Source: a virus
Lineage: Duplodnaviria > Caudoviricetes
IMG/VR virus record: IMGVR_UViG_2872728642_000001
Coordinates: 16,810 to 80,809 of that record
Length of the DNA: 64,000 nt
Strand: one strand, 5' to 3'
Shown here: piece after piece, positions 9,706 to 18,671 of the stretch
Layout of the letters: every line of letters begins with the position of its first letter
How positions within the stretch are numbered: position 1 is the stretch's first letter
The notes under the pieces: model-generated
Told to the model about the DNA's origin: nothing
Database searches by the model: none
What the model saw: only the letters and a program-made list of their open reading frames with translations
Made by a program: the position numbers and the translations under genes

Positions 9706-10187
9706 AGGCCGTCCCCCGACTCGATCTCGCCGATCACCTCGGCCTCGACGATGCTGTCCGTGTCGGGGTCGGGGATGGCGTGCTTCTGCTGGATCTGGAT
9801 CAGCAGGTTGCCCAGCAGCGACGCCATGTCGCCATCCGCGATGCCGTTGCGGTTGATCAGGTCCAGGCCCAGCAGAGTCGATCGCCGGTTGATGCACTTC
9901 AGCGCCGTCTCGCAGGCCTGAACCTCGCCCTTGACTACCTTCGGCCACAGCGACGCCATGATGCGGTCGAGCCGGTCGATCTCCAGCTTGAGAAGCTGCT
10001 CGCTGGCCATCTGCTCCTGCTTGGCCGCCTTCTGCAGCGCCCGGTCGATGTCCTTCGACACCGAGGCCGCGCCCGAGTAGCCCAGCCGATCAGCGATGAC
10101 CGTGGGAGACACCCCAGCGATCCGCATCTGCACGGCCTGGTAGCGCCGCTGGGAGATCTCGACCTGACGGGCCTTGCTGACGACCAT
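9702..10187 (-). CDS. terS: Terminase small subunit
   Basis: N-terminal HTH (RIAGVSPTVIADRLGY), 'INRRSTLLGLD'; directly upstream of terL. Confidence 0.75.
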   Translation of the reverse strand: MVVSKARQVEISQRRYQAVQMRIAGVSPTVIADRLGYSGAASVSKDIDRALQKAAKQEQMASEQLLKLEIDRLDRIMASLWPKVVKGEVQACETALKCINRRSTLLGLDLINRNGIADGDMASLLGNLLIQIQQKHAIPDPDTDSIVEAEVIGEIESGDGL

Positions 10188-10231
10188 GAGGGCAGCTCCT
10201 GATCTACTACGCTTCTCGGGTGCGGATGCGG

Positions 10232-10600
10232 ATGCTGACCGTCCGGCAGCCATGGGCGGCGTTGCTCGTCACGGGCATCAAGGACGTGGAGAACCGGAGC
10301 TGGGTCACGCCGTATCGGGGCAGGCTCCTGATCCATGCGGGCCTCAAGACCGACGCGGAAGGCTTCGAGCTGATGGAGGAGCTGGGCGTCGCCCTCGACG
10401 GGCCGCTGCTGCGCGGCGCGATCGTCGGGTCGGTGAACCTCGTCGAGATCCGCCAGGACAGCACCTCGCCATGGGCCCGCCCGGGAGAGAATCACTGGCT
10501 GGTCACTGACGCGCGACCAGCGGTCACGCCGATGGCCGCTGTCGGCGCGCTCGGGCTACGGCCGGCTCCGGCCGGTTGGACGAAGGCTTTCGCGGCCTAG
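10232..10600 (+). CDS. ASCH domain protein
   Basis: 'LTVRQPWAALLVTGIKDVENRSW...YRGRLLIHAG' ASCH signature; opposite strand; stop overlaps the stop of the ABC-GNAT gene. Confidence 0.9.
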   Translation: MLTVRQPWAALLVTGIKDVENRSWVTPYRGRLLIHAGLKTDAEGFELMEELGVALDGPLLRGAIVGSVNLVEIRQDSTSPWARPGENHWLVTDARPAVTPMAAVGALGLRPAPAGWTKAFAA

Positions 10601-11679
10601 CGCGGCGCCACGTACTCGAACGACACGACGCCGAGACGGCGCGGGTCGAGCGTCTGCGCGTGCATCCACTGGTGCTTGGAGCGGGTGCCGAGCTTCTTCT
10701 GGCCCTGGATCATCCGCCACCGCGGCGATCCGCTCCGGTAGGCGATCAGCGCCGGATGGCTGGACACCGATCGGTAGCGGAATCCCTGCTCGTACAGCCG
10801 CTGCCCCATCCACTCGGAGAATCGGACGCCGATACCGAGCCCCTGATAGTCCGGCAAGACCACCAACCGGTGCTCCATCTTCAGGTTCCGCGTCGCGGGG
10901 TGCTGGAAGTGGCGGTAAGCCAGGAACGCGACCGGCTCGCCGTCGATGAACCCGGCGAACTTCTTGCTGGAGCGGTGAAGCTCCGTGCTCAGATAGTGAT
11001 GGCGTGCGAAGACGGGCCAGAGCTGCCCATCGACCGGCCGGATTTCGAGCCGGAGCACGGGCCGGGGTTGAACCGACCTCCACTCGAACGAGCCCGTCGA
11101 GACGTCCAGCACCCAATCCGGCTGCAGCCACTCCAGCACGTCGTAATGGCATGTCACCGCAACGAACTGGCGGTCGCTGCGCCGTACGGTCTTCTGGATC
11201 GTGTGGCTAGCGACCCGCGCGACCTGGCGGTCCACGACGCTCGTGAACTCGTCGATGACGACCAGTTCTCCCGACTCGGCCAGGGCCCGAGCGATCGTTG
11301 CCCGGAACGCTTCCCCGTTGGACAGGGTCCGGTACGGCCGGAGCCACGCCGGCGGGGAGGACAGGCCGACCGCGCCGAGGAGCGCCACGATGTCCTTGAT
11401 GGACATGTCCGCCGGGAAGTCGTCCACCAGCGACCGGTCATCGGACCAGGTGTGCGGGCTGACGATGTGGTCGGGCCACAGATGCCGCGCGATACTGGTC
11501 TTCCCGGCTCCCGAGGGGCCGACGATCAGGCCGACGCTCCACGGCCGTTCCTCGATCGGCAGGTCCATCGCCCAGGAATTGCTCAGCCGCTCCTCCACGG
11601 GCACGTCGAACAGGCCCTGGATCTGGAGGACGCGGGCGGTCCGGTGGACCGGTGCCGACACGGTGATCTCGGCTCGCAC
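10597..11679 (-). CDS. ABC-type ATPase fused to GNAT (Mom-like) acetyltransferase
   Basis: Walker A 'GPSGAGKT', signature 'LSNGE', Walker B 'VIDEFTS', H-loop 'TCHYD'; GNAT acetyl-CoA motif 'RLVVLPDYQGLGIG'. Confidence 0.9.
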   Translation of the reverse strand: MRAEITVSAPVHRTARVLQIQGLFDVPVEERLSNSWAMDLPIEERPWSVGLIVGPSGAGKTSIARHLWPDHIVSPHTWSDDRSLVDDFPADMSIKDIVALLGAVGLSSPPAWLRPYRTLSNGEAFRATIARALAESGELVVIDEFTSVVDRQVARVASHTIQKTVRRSDRQFVAVTCHYDVLEWLQPDWVLDVSTGSFEWRSVQPRPVLRLEIRPVDGQLWPVFARHHYLSTELHRSSKKFAGFIDGEPVAFLAYRHFQHPATRNLKMEHRLVVLPDYQGLGIGVRFSEWMGQRLYEQGFRYRSVSSHPALIAYRSGSPRWRMIQGQKKLGTRSKHQWMHAQTLDPRRLGVVSFEYVAPR

Positions 11680-11713
11680 AGCACGACCTTCCAAGGGGTA
11701 GCGGGCGGCGGGG

Positions 11714-12355
11714 TTACATCAGGGCGCGGGCGCTCCAGCCCTGACCGGCGAGCTGGTTGAGGAGCTGCACCTGCTGCGCTTCGCTGTCGCAGGTGACCAC
11801 CACGCCCCAGACGACGGGCCGCGTATGGGTCTCGGCGTCGCCCGGTTCGGGCAACTCCTCCTCGTCGTCGGTGCCAGCCTGGTCGGCGCGGCCACCGCCC
11901 GGAGCCGGAGCGCGGTCGGGGGAAAGCGCCACCGCGTTGTCGGCGGCGATGGCGTCGGCCAGGTCGTCGAGATCCTGCTCCGTCCAGCCGGTGCCGTCGA
12001 GGTCGTCGAGGCTGCGCAGCAGCTCGGCAAGGGCCTGGTCGTCGTACCCGCCGATCTCGGCGGTGCGGTTGTCGGCGAGGAGGATGCGCAGCGCGGCGGC
12101 GTCGTCCACGTCGAGGATCAGCGCGGGCACCTGGCCCAGACCCTTGGCCTTCGCGCCCCGCCAGCGGTGCTCACCGGCGATGATCCGCATCCGGGACTTC
12201 TGGACCAGGATCGTGCCGTAGAAGCCGTTCTTCTCGATCGACTTGGCGATCACGTCCACGTCGCCCTGGTGCGGGTTGTCCGGGTGCGGTTCGAGATCGG
12301 CGACCGGCACCATGCGGTAGGTCTGGGAAACGATGGCGGGCATGGACGCGCTCAC
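11714..12355 (-). CDS. ParB/Srx-like N-terminal domain protein
   Basis: 'LEPHPDNP...IAKSIEKNGFYGTILV...IIAGEHRWRGAK' and 'ILLADNRTAE'. Confidence 0.9.
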   Translation of the reverse strand: MSASMPAIVSQTYRMVPVADLEPHPDNPHQGDVDVIAKSIEKNGFYGTILVQKSRMRIIAGEHRWRGAKAKGLGQVPALILDVDDAAALRILLADNRTAEIGGYDDQALAELLRSLDDLDGTGWTEQDLDDLADAIAADNAVALSPDRAPAPGGGRADQAGTDDEEELPEPGDAETHTRPVVWGVVVTCDSEAQQVQLLNQLAGQGWSARALM

Positions 12356-13410
12356 CCGCCTTCCTCGGCCCGAGGCCGGTAGCCGTTCCGGGTCCGCATC
12401 TGCGACATCTTCGCGCCAAGCGCGATCAGCGCGGCGACCTGCCACGTGCCCTTCTCAACCACCTCGTCATCGACCTCGACGGACCACGAGTCGATCGAGC
12501 GGCCCTCCCGGTACGGGATGCCGGGGGTGGCCGTCCACTGCACCGACCAGGACAGGCGGTCGCGCCACCGCAGCCGCGGCCGGCCGAGTCGTTCCCGCTG
12601 AAGCTGCAGACGCACCTCGTGTTGATCGCCCTCGGGCATCCGCACGACGCCCACCTGCTCGTCGCCGACCGGCTCGTAGCTGTACCGCTTGGGCCCAAAC
12701 AGGCGCTCCATCAGGTCGAAGCTGGCGTAACCCTGCTGCCACCACGGGGCGGCGCTGTCCCAGTATCCGCTGCGGCCCCAGAGAGCCCACCGGTACTGCC
12801 ACTCGCCGATGGCCAGGCGGACCTCGCGCGACTCATATCCGGTCGGGTTGAGTCGGCGCTGCACCCACCTGCCGTATCCCTCGGTGTGCACGTAGATGGC
12901 CAGCAGTCGGCCGAGCCGCAGGTGTGCGTCCAGCATGTGATCGCTGCCTGCGTTGCCGACCTCGAACCCGATCGAGAAGCCGGGAAGAGCTCGACTGCCG
13001 ACGACGACCTGTCCACCGATGGCGCCCCGCGGGCTTTCCGGATACGGGCCGGGCTTGCCCTTGTCGGCATCGTGGACGGGCGCGGTGCGTAGTCCGAGCA
13101 TCGCCATCCACGCGTCGGCCGCCAGTACCCGTGTGAGCGGGATCCACGGCCCGCTGTACGGGTCGCCCACCTGGTACTTCGCGGGGTCGAGCGACCCTTG
13201 CGGGCTGGGCCGGACTCCGCACCGGTCGCAGACGATCCAGCGGGCCGCGTGCAGGCCGGGCTCGCACGGGCCATAGCCGTCCACGACCGGCCGGTGGCCG
13301 CGCAGGCGGCAGATGAGCATGAGGCGGGGCAGGTCCGACAGCCACCACCCGCGATCGACGAGTGATTGGCTGTCGTCCTCTGCCTTGTAGTTGACGCTGT
13401 GCCAGCGCAC
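12352..13410 (-). CDS. Hypothetical protein (352 aa, Trp-rich, N-terminal C/H Zn-finger-like motif)
   Basis: GTG start with RBS GGAGG; coupled to the ParB gene. Confidence 0.7.
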   Translation of the reverse strand: MRWHSVNYKAEDDSQSLVDRGWWLSDLPRLMLICRLRGHRPVVDGYGPCEPGLHAARWIVCDRCGVRPSPQGSLDPAKYQVGDPYSGPWIPLTRVLAADAWMAMLGLRTAPVHDADKGKPGPYPESPRGAIGGQVVVGSRALPGFSIGFEVGNAGSDHMLDAHLRLGRLLAIYVHTEGYGRWVQRRLNPTGYESREVRLAIGEWQYRWALWGRSGYWDSAAPWWQQGYASFDLMERLFGPKRYSYEPVGDEQVGVVRMPEGDQHEVRLQLQRERLGRPRLRWRDRLSWSVQWTATPGIPYREGRSIDSWSVEVDDEVVEKGTWQVAALIALGAKMSQMRTRNGYRPRAEEGG

Positions 13411-13570
13411 GCCAGTGACCTCCGAGGGGTGAGAGGGGGAAACCCGGTCCCCGCCGGAAGCAGCGGGCCAGGACAGTGTTCTGTTACCTCACAGGCGGTA
13501 ACGCGCCTTCTACCAGACATGATTACGTAGTGGAGTCATTTGAATACACTTCGCTGCTAGCCGGAGGATC

Positions 13571-14275
13571 ATGGGTTTCCTGCGTCGGCCCTCACTTCTC
13601 ATCACCGCCGCAATCATGAGCGCGATAACTTCCACGCCCGTCTACACGTCTCCCGCCCTCGCCAAGCCAGCCGCCGAACAGGCACCGCCACCCCTGCTCC
13701 TGTGGGACGCGGTCACTGAACTGCCAGCAGCAACCGAGAGCCGCGACGGCTACAAACGCACCAGCTTCCACAAGACCCCATCGGCGCGCCTATGGATCGA
13801 CCTCGATCACGATGGCTGCGATACCCGCCGCGAGGTCCTCATCGCCGAGGCCGTCACCGCACCCGAGATCGGCCAGAAATGCACGCTCACCGGCGGCATC
13901 TGGCGCTCCTACTACGACGGCATCACCGTGGACAGCGCCGACAAACTCGACATCGACCACGTCGTCCCGCTGGCCGAAGCCTGGGACTCCGGCGCCTCGG
14001 CGTGGACCGTCGAACGGCGCGTCGCCTACGCCAATGACCTAAACGCCGAACACCACCTGGTGGCCGTCACCCAGCGCAGCAACCGGCAGAAGGCCGACCG
14101 GGACCCCGCCGAGTGGCTACCCCCGGACGAGCCGGTGCGCTGCCGGTACGTGGCCGAATGGACCGCGATCAAACGCCGCTGGCAGCTCACTGTGGACGAC
14201 CGGGAGAAGGAGACCCTGGAGGCAATCGCCCGCGGCTGCCCCAATGTACCCCTGGACGAACAGCCCACCCCTTGA
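13571..14275 (+). CDS. Secreted HNH endonuclease (DUF1524 / GmrSD C-terminal type)
   Basis: Signal peptide; 'DIDHVVPLAEAWDSGA', 'LVAVTQRSNRQKADRDPAEWLP', 'GCDTRREVL'. Confidence 0.85.
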   Translation: MGFLRRPSLLITAAIMSAITSTPVYTSPALAKPAAEQAPPPLLLWDAVTELPAATESRDGYKRTSFHKTPSARLWIDLDHDGCDTRREVLIAEAVTAPEIGQKCTLTGGIWRSYYDGITVDSADKLDIDHVVPLAEAWDSGASAWTVERRVAYANDLNAEHHLVAVTQRSNRQKADRDPAEWLPPDEPVRCRYVAEWTAIKRRWQLTVDDREKETLEAIARGCPNVPLDEQPTP

Positions 14276-14399
14276 TCGCTTGCCATCTCGGCATCACAAC
14301 CCCCGCCACCGGAGGAGCTGTCAGCCATCCGGCGATCGGGCCCCATCCTCCTCCGCCATCCGAGGCAGTACGCCTTCCCGAGGACCCATGGAGGTCATC

Positions 14400-14741
14400 A
14401 TGTCCCTTACTCGCCGCGTTCTGGCCAGCCTGACCAGCGCCGCAGCCCTCACCTTTGCTGCGGGAGTCGCGCAGCCCGCCGCCGCTGCAGTGCCCAGCCA
14501 TCGATGCGCTCAGGGCTACGTCTGCTTCTGGACCGGAGACGGCTTCCAGGGAGAGGTGTTCTTCTACCAGCCCGTCTCCGACTGGTGCGACGTCACTCCC
14601 ACCCAGCCAGCCCGCACGATCTACAACAACACCAACAGGCCGTGGGCTTTCTACCGGGACACCCAATGCGGCGCGCTGGACGCCACCCTCGCGCCGGGCA
14701 CGTGGAAGACCGGCCTGGAGTCCTACAGTTGGCGGTCGTAA
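14400..14741 (+). CDS. Secreted peptidase inhibitor family I36 protein (beta/gamma-crystallin-like)
   Basis: Signal peptide ending AxA; 'CAQGYVCFWTGDGFQG', 'IYNNT'; RBS GGAGG. Confidence 0.8.
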   Translation: MSLTRRVLASLTSAAALTFAAGVAQPAAAAVPSHRCAQGYVCFWTGDGFQGEVFFYQPVSDWCDVTPTQPARTIYNNTNRPWAFYRDTQCGALDATLAPGTWKTGLESYSWRS

Positions 14742-14749
14742 CGGACCCA

Positions 14750-14914
14750 TCACCAGACGCGCGTCAGCCGGTACTGTTCCACGTCCTCGGCGTGCCCCAC
14801 CGAGTACCGGCAGCCGCCGCACAGCGCACGGTCGGTCCACGTGCCCAGGTTGACCGCGCCGCAGTGGTGCAGCCACGCCGTCTTGTCCAGTGCGCTCGTT
14901 CTCGACCTGGGCAC
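14750..14914 (-). CDS. Small Cys/His protein (54 aa, MPRSRTSALDKTAWLHHCG...CGGC)
   Basis: Read by hand (not in the ORF track); RBS AGGAGG before GTG; follows the recombinase. Confidence 0.5.
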   Translation of the reverse strand: MPRSRTSALDKTAWLHHCGAVNLGTWTDRALCGGCRYSVGHAEDVEQYRLTRVW

Positions 14915-14923
14915 GTGACCCTC

Positions 14924-15892
14924 CTACTCCAGTAGCGACGCCACCACCTGAGAGGCGTCCTTCTCCAGCCGATCCCGGCTGTGCAGATATATCTCCGTCG
15001 TGGACACGTCGGCGTGGTTGAGGTCGAGCTGGATCTGCCGCATCGCCACGCCGGCCTCCTGCGCCAGCGACGCATAGGTGTGCCTGCACGAGTGCGGCCC
15101 CACCTTCGACGTGATGCCCGCCTGCATGGCGATGCGCCGCACCAGCTCGAACGCCTTCGACCTGCTCCAGCTCTGGCCGGTCGAGGTCGCGAACAGCGGA
15201 CCCGTCAGGTCCTGCAGCTCGATCCCTTCGCGGCGCGCCCGCTCAGCGAGGTAGATGTCCAGCGTGTGCGTCGTCTCCACCGGCAGACGTCGGGTGATCG
15301 TGTCGCCGCCCTTCACCGTGATGCGCAGCGTCCGGTACCCGCGGGCGAACCCGAGGTCGTCGATCTGCGCGTTGATTGCCTCGGAGATGCGGATCCCGGT
15401 CTGCAGCAGCAGCCGGATCAGCGCCGCGGTGCGCAGCCGTTCCCGGCCGTGGTCGGCGTCGGCCGCCCGGAGGAAATCCTGCGCCTCTCCCTTGGTGAGC
15501 GCGACCGTCTCGGAGTGCTTGCGCGGGATCTTCGGCCGCCGCGTCTTCTTGAACCGGTTGGCGTCGAGGGCTTCGGTCTCGTGCAGGTACTCGTACCAGG
15601 ACGACACCGACGACAGCACCTGAGCGACCGTCTTCGGCTTTGGCGGCCGGCGGGCCGTCTCCTGGTACCAGCGGGAGAACACGTCGCCGTGCGGCTTGCG
15701 TGCCTCCAGCGGGTCGAGGCCGGTCTCCGCGCAGAACTGGAACCAGCGCCGGATGTTCCGCTCGTACGCTTCGCGGGTGTGCGGCGAGTCATACGACCAC
15801 AGCCACGCCCGGGTCAGGTCGAGGATGATCGGCGGGAGGTCGAGCGGGAGCGCGAGGTCGCCGCGCGGCGCCTGGACCAGCTCGCCGGTCAT
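14924..15892 (-). CDS. Tyrosine recombinase, XerC/D-like resolvase
   Basis: Catalytic R (TGIRISEA), K (TVKGG), HxxR (HSCRH), H/Y (LNHADVSTTEIY); SAM-like N-domain (SPHTREAY). Confidence 0.92.
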   Translation of the reverse strand: MTGELVQAPRGDLALPLDLPPIILDLTRAWLWSYDSPHTREAYERNIRRWFQFCAETGLDPLEARKPHGDVFSRWYQETARRPPKPKTVAQVLSSVSSWYEYLHETEALDANRFKKTRRPKIPRKHSETVALTKGEAQDFLRAADADHGRERLRTAALIRLLLQTGIRISEAINAQIDDLGFARGYRTLRITVKGGDTITRRLPVETTHTLDIYLAERARREGIELQDLTGPLFATSTGQSWSRSKAFELVRRIAMQAGITSKVGPHSCRHTYASLAQEAGVAMRQIQLDLNHADVSTTEIYLHSRDRLEKDASQVVASLLE

Positions 15893-16173
15893 CCCTCACC
15901 GCCGAAGTGCTCGCACGCCTCTTCGACGCTCGCGCGGATCGACAGCTTGGCGCATACCAGCGACAGGATCGCGTCGAGGTCGTCCGCCGTGTACTCGGGA
16001 TGCTCGCGGGCCTGGCGGATCACCGCGCTGAGGACAGCCGCGGTGATGGACGCCGAGCGCAGGTCGATGCCCTCGTACTGGGCGATGATGTCGCTCAGCC
16101 GCTCGGAGGTGTGCTCGCGGCGGGCGTGCTCGGGCTCGTCCTGGCGGAAGAGGTCGGAGTAGTCGATGCTCAC
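15889..16173 (-). CDS. Hypothetical protein (94 aa)
   Basis: Overlap-coupled ORF in the recombinase operon. Confidence 0.65.
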   Translation of the reverse strand: MSIDYSDLFRQDEPEHARREHTSERLSDIIAQYEGIDLRSASITAAVLSAVIRQAREHPEYTADDLDAILSLVCAKLSIRASVEEACEHFGGEG

Positions 16174-16409
16174 CGAGTACCGCCATGCGAGAGTTCGTCG
16201 AGGAGCGCCCGCAGAGTTGGGTTGCCGACGGCGAGCGCTTCCAGCTCGGGACGAGCGTGCGCGTACAGCTCGGGGAGGAGCGGGTCGCGGGACTGCAGGG
16301 CGGCGGCGACTCCTTCGCCGGTCGCGTCGGGCCAGCGGAACCGGACACGAGCGATCAGGGTGTCGAACGCGGCGGCCGGGTGGAGCCGGTCACTGCTGGG
16401 GTTGCTCAT
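16170..16409 (-). CDS. Hypothetical protein (79 aa)
   Basis: First ORF of the recombinase operon. Confidence 0.55.
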   Translation of the reverse strand: MSNPSSDRLHPAAAFDTLIARVRFRWPDATGEGVAAALQSRDPLLPELYAHARPELEALAVGNPTLRALLDELSHGGTR

Positions 16410-16460
16410 GAGAGCACCTTTCACGAGGGATGTGGATCACTCGTGACGGTACCACGCAGA

Positions 16461-16488
16461 GCGGAACATAACGTGAATTATGTTCCCA
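16461..16488. promoter_or_regulatory. dif/loxP-like tyrosine-recombinase site GCGGAACATAA-CGTGAA-TTATGTTCCCA
   Basis: 11+6+11 layout, perfect 9-bp inverted arms GGAACATAA/TTATGTTCC, ATAA-N6-TTAT core as in Xer dif sites; ~50 bp upstream of the recombinase operon. Confidence 0.75.
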
Positions 16489-16624
16489 TCTCAGCGATCT
16501 TGGCCGCACCGTCAGACCGTAATGCGATCTCACCGAAGCCGGGACCCGTCCCGCCAGGAGCCACGAAGATAGGCGCATGGTCTTTTGGTTTGGGCATACC
16601 CGGAGTTGGCGTGGCGCTGCAGGA

Positions 16625-16999
16625 ATGAGCACCTGGCAGTTCGGCGTCCTCCACCTAGGGGCGGTCATCGGGTTGGGAGCGGCCACGGCCGAACTGCAAC
16701 TGCAGCATGCACTCTGGTGGTCTGCCCTGTTGTATGCGGTGTTGGGCTGGCTGTCCGGCGGGAAAGTGGTCTCGGAGCTGAGATGGGTACGCCCTCTGCC
16801 CAAGTCGAGACGCACCCGGGCAGTAAAGCTCGTGCTCGCCATCCCTGCTGCCACGCTGGGTCTTTGGGTCAACCCGGTTACCTTCTTCAGCCGGACGTTG
16901 GGGGTCGTCGAGCTGCAATTCATGCTGTGGGGGCCGATCGCCCTCTTCGGGCTGTGCATTGCTGCGGCCAGTTGGTACTTCTTCCGGGACTTTCGGTAA
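16625..16999 (+). CDS. Small multi-pass membrane protein
   Basis: 124 aa with ~4 hydrophobic segments; opposite strand to neighbours. Confidence 0.6.
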   Translation: MSTWQFGVLHLGAVIGLGAATAELQLQHALWWSALLYAVLGWLSGGKVVSELRWVRPLPKSRRTRAVKLVLAIPAATLGLWVNPVTFFSRTLGVVELQFMLWGPIALFGLCIAAASWYFFRDFR

Positions 17000-17027
17000 G
17001 GGCGGCCGACTGCCCCGATTAGCTAGA

Positions 17028-17249
17028 TCACTCGCTGACCGCCGCAAGCGCGCGGGCCAGCCTCTGCTTACCGCCCCGCGGCCGCAGCGGCGCCCCCGCC
17101 TCCTCCAGCAGCCGGTGAACGAACCCGTACGAGCGGCCCGTCGAGAGCGACAGCCCCCGGATCGACTCCCCGTCCAGGTACCGGCGCTTCAGCTCCGCCT
17201 TCAGCGTCTCGCGCTCGGCACCGGACACCCGCTGATACTTCCGAACCAT
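17028..17249 (-). CDS. Small HTH DNA-binding protein (actinobacterial HTH_58-type)
   Basis: 'LKAELKRRYLDGESIRGLSLSTGRSYGFVHRLLEEAGAPLRPRGG' signature. Confidence 0.85.
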   Translation of the reverse strand: MVRKYQRVSGAERETLKAELKRRYLDGESIRGLSLSTGRSYGFVHRLLEEAGAPLRPRGGKQRLARALAAVSE

Positions 17250-17274
17250 CACAGCCACCCCTGTCTGATTGCTC

Positions 17275-17544
17275 TCACGCAGCCGCCGCCAGCCGAACCC
17301 GCAACGCATCCCGGCCCTCCGGCGTCTCGGGCACTTCGTCGCCCCGCCAGATGCAGCCCTCGATCGTCGCCAAGTCGGCGAAGTCGTACACGACCTCGCG
17401 GCCAACCCGGCCCAGCACCCGGACGCCATACCTGCGCGCCCACTGCCGGATCGTCACCGCCTCCCGGCCCAGCCGGACAGCAGCGGTCTTCGCCGTCGCA
17501 GGGGACACCAACACCCCCCGAACAGCGGAAAGCCCCCGAACCAT
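17275..17544 (-). CDS. MerR-like HTH protein
   Basis: 'TAAVRLGREAVTIRQWARRY...VVYD'. Confidence 0.65.
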   Translation of the reverse strand: MVRGLSAVRGVLVSPATAKTAAVRLGREAVTIRQWARRYGVRVLGRVGREVVYDFADLATIEGCIWRGDEVPETPEGRDALRVRLAAAA

Positions 17545-17611
17545 GATCGGTCCGAGGGCACAAGTCTCTCCGTCGCTTGGAAGTGTTACACAGCCGCATC
17601 ACCAGGCGCAA

Positions 17612-17632
17612 GCCGACAGCGGAACCGCAATC
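17612..17632 (+). promoter_or_regulatory. 21-bp operator-like motif copy (inverted orientation)
   Basis: GCCGACAGCGGAACCGCAATC. Confidence 0.65.
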
Positions 17633-17721
17633 AGCGAGGATTGCGAGGGCCCCCCGCTGCAACAGGGAGCCCTCTTCCAACCTGGTCCTCAAAGGACATG
17701 GACAACACTAGCCCCCGAGGT

Positions 17722-18501
17722 TCAGCGCGCACCGCCAACACGCACACTCCCGCTACCTGCCTCCTCCTCAACCCGCCCCGACACCTCCCGCTCCGAAACG
17801 TGCGTCCCACACGACGCGCACACGTAGAAGCCTGCCTTCACGTCCCAGCGGAACGACCGCTCGCCACACCGGCACCGCGCCGGCGTCCACGCAGGCGGCT
17901 CATCCCCCACCATCCGTTCGAGCACCAGCCGCCACGACAAGACGAAGTCCACCAGGCCCACCAGGTCCTCACGAACGAGGACGCTCTCCAGCCGACCCGA
18001 CTCCGACAGCCAACCCACCGCCCGCGACCGAGCAACCGCCGACCGGACCCCGCTCGGACGCGGCCCCGCCCGCAGCCACACCCGCGCCCGATCCTCGAAG
18101 TCGAGCAGCCCGCCCGTCAGCTTCTCCAGCAGTTCCCCCACCGGCGACACCGCAGGCTTCGGCCTCGACCCCGACACCCTCGACCACTTCGACGGCGGCC
18201 GGAACCCATCCGCCTCCCGAGCGAGCTGCGCAGCGAACCCATCCACCTCCAACAGCGCTGCCCGAACCGACGCCGTACACCGACCGCACACCAGCGGAGC
18301 CCCCGGCCGCCAACGCAACTCCGGAACCTCCGGCTCGGCAGGCGGCTCACCGGCCTCGCCCTTCCTCACCCACTCGTCCACCAGGTCCGCATGCTCATCG
18401 CGCGCCCGCTCGAAAGCAGCCCACGCCCGACGCTGACGCCCATTACACGGGCCCATACACGCGCCCCGAACCATCGACACCCCAGAAGCAAGACCAGACA
18501 C
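17722..18501 (-). CDS. Zn-finger phage protein (possible late-gene regulator)
   Basis: CxxC pairs (CGRC; CRCG...CASC); position just upstream of the late region. Confidence 0.55.
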   Translation of the reverse strand: MSGLASGVSMVRGACMGPCNGRQRRAWAAFERARDEHADLVDEWVRKGEAGEPPAEPEVPELRWRPGAPLVCGRCTASVRAALLEVDGFAAQLAREADGFRPPSKWSRVSGSRPKPAVSPVGELLEKLTGGLLDFEDRARVWLRAGPRPSGVRSAVARSRAVGWLSESGRLESVLVREDLVGLVDFVLSWRLVLERMVGDEPPAWTPARCRCGERSFRWDVKAGFYVCASCGTHVSEREVSGRVEEEAGSGSVRVGGAR

Positions 18502-18671
18502 GGCACCCCCGACCCCGAGACGAAAACGCCCACCAGGCTACAAGATCAAATTCTTTTCGCAGGCACCAAGCCGAATGCAGCACTGGCCGGCCCCGATCCG
18601 GGGTACCCCCAGGGGCATGCGAAAGCGCCGAACCGCGCGATGCGGTCCGGCGCTGGTCGGCGCGGTGCGCG

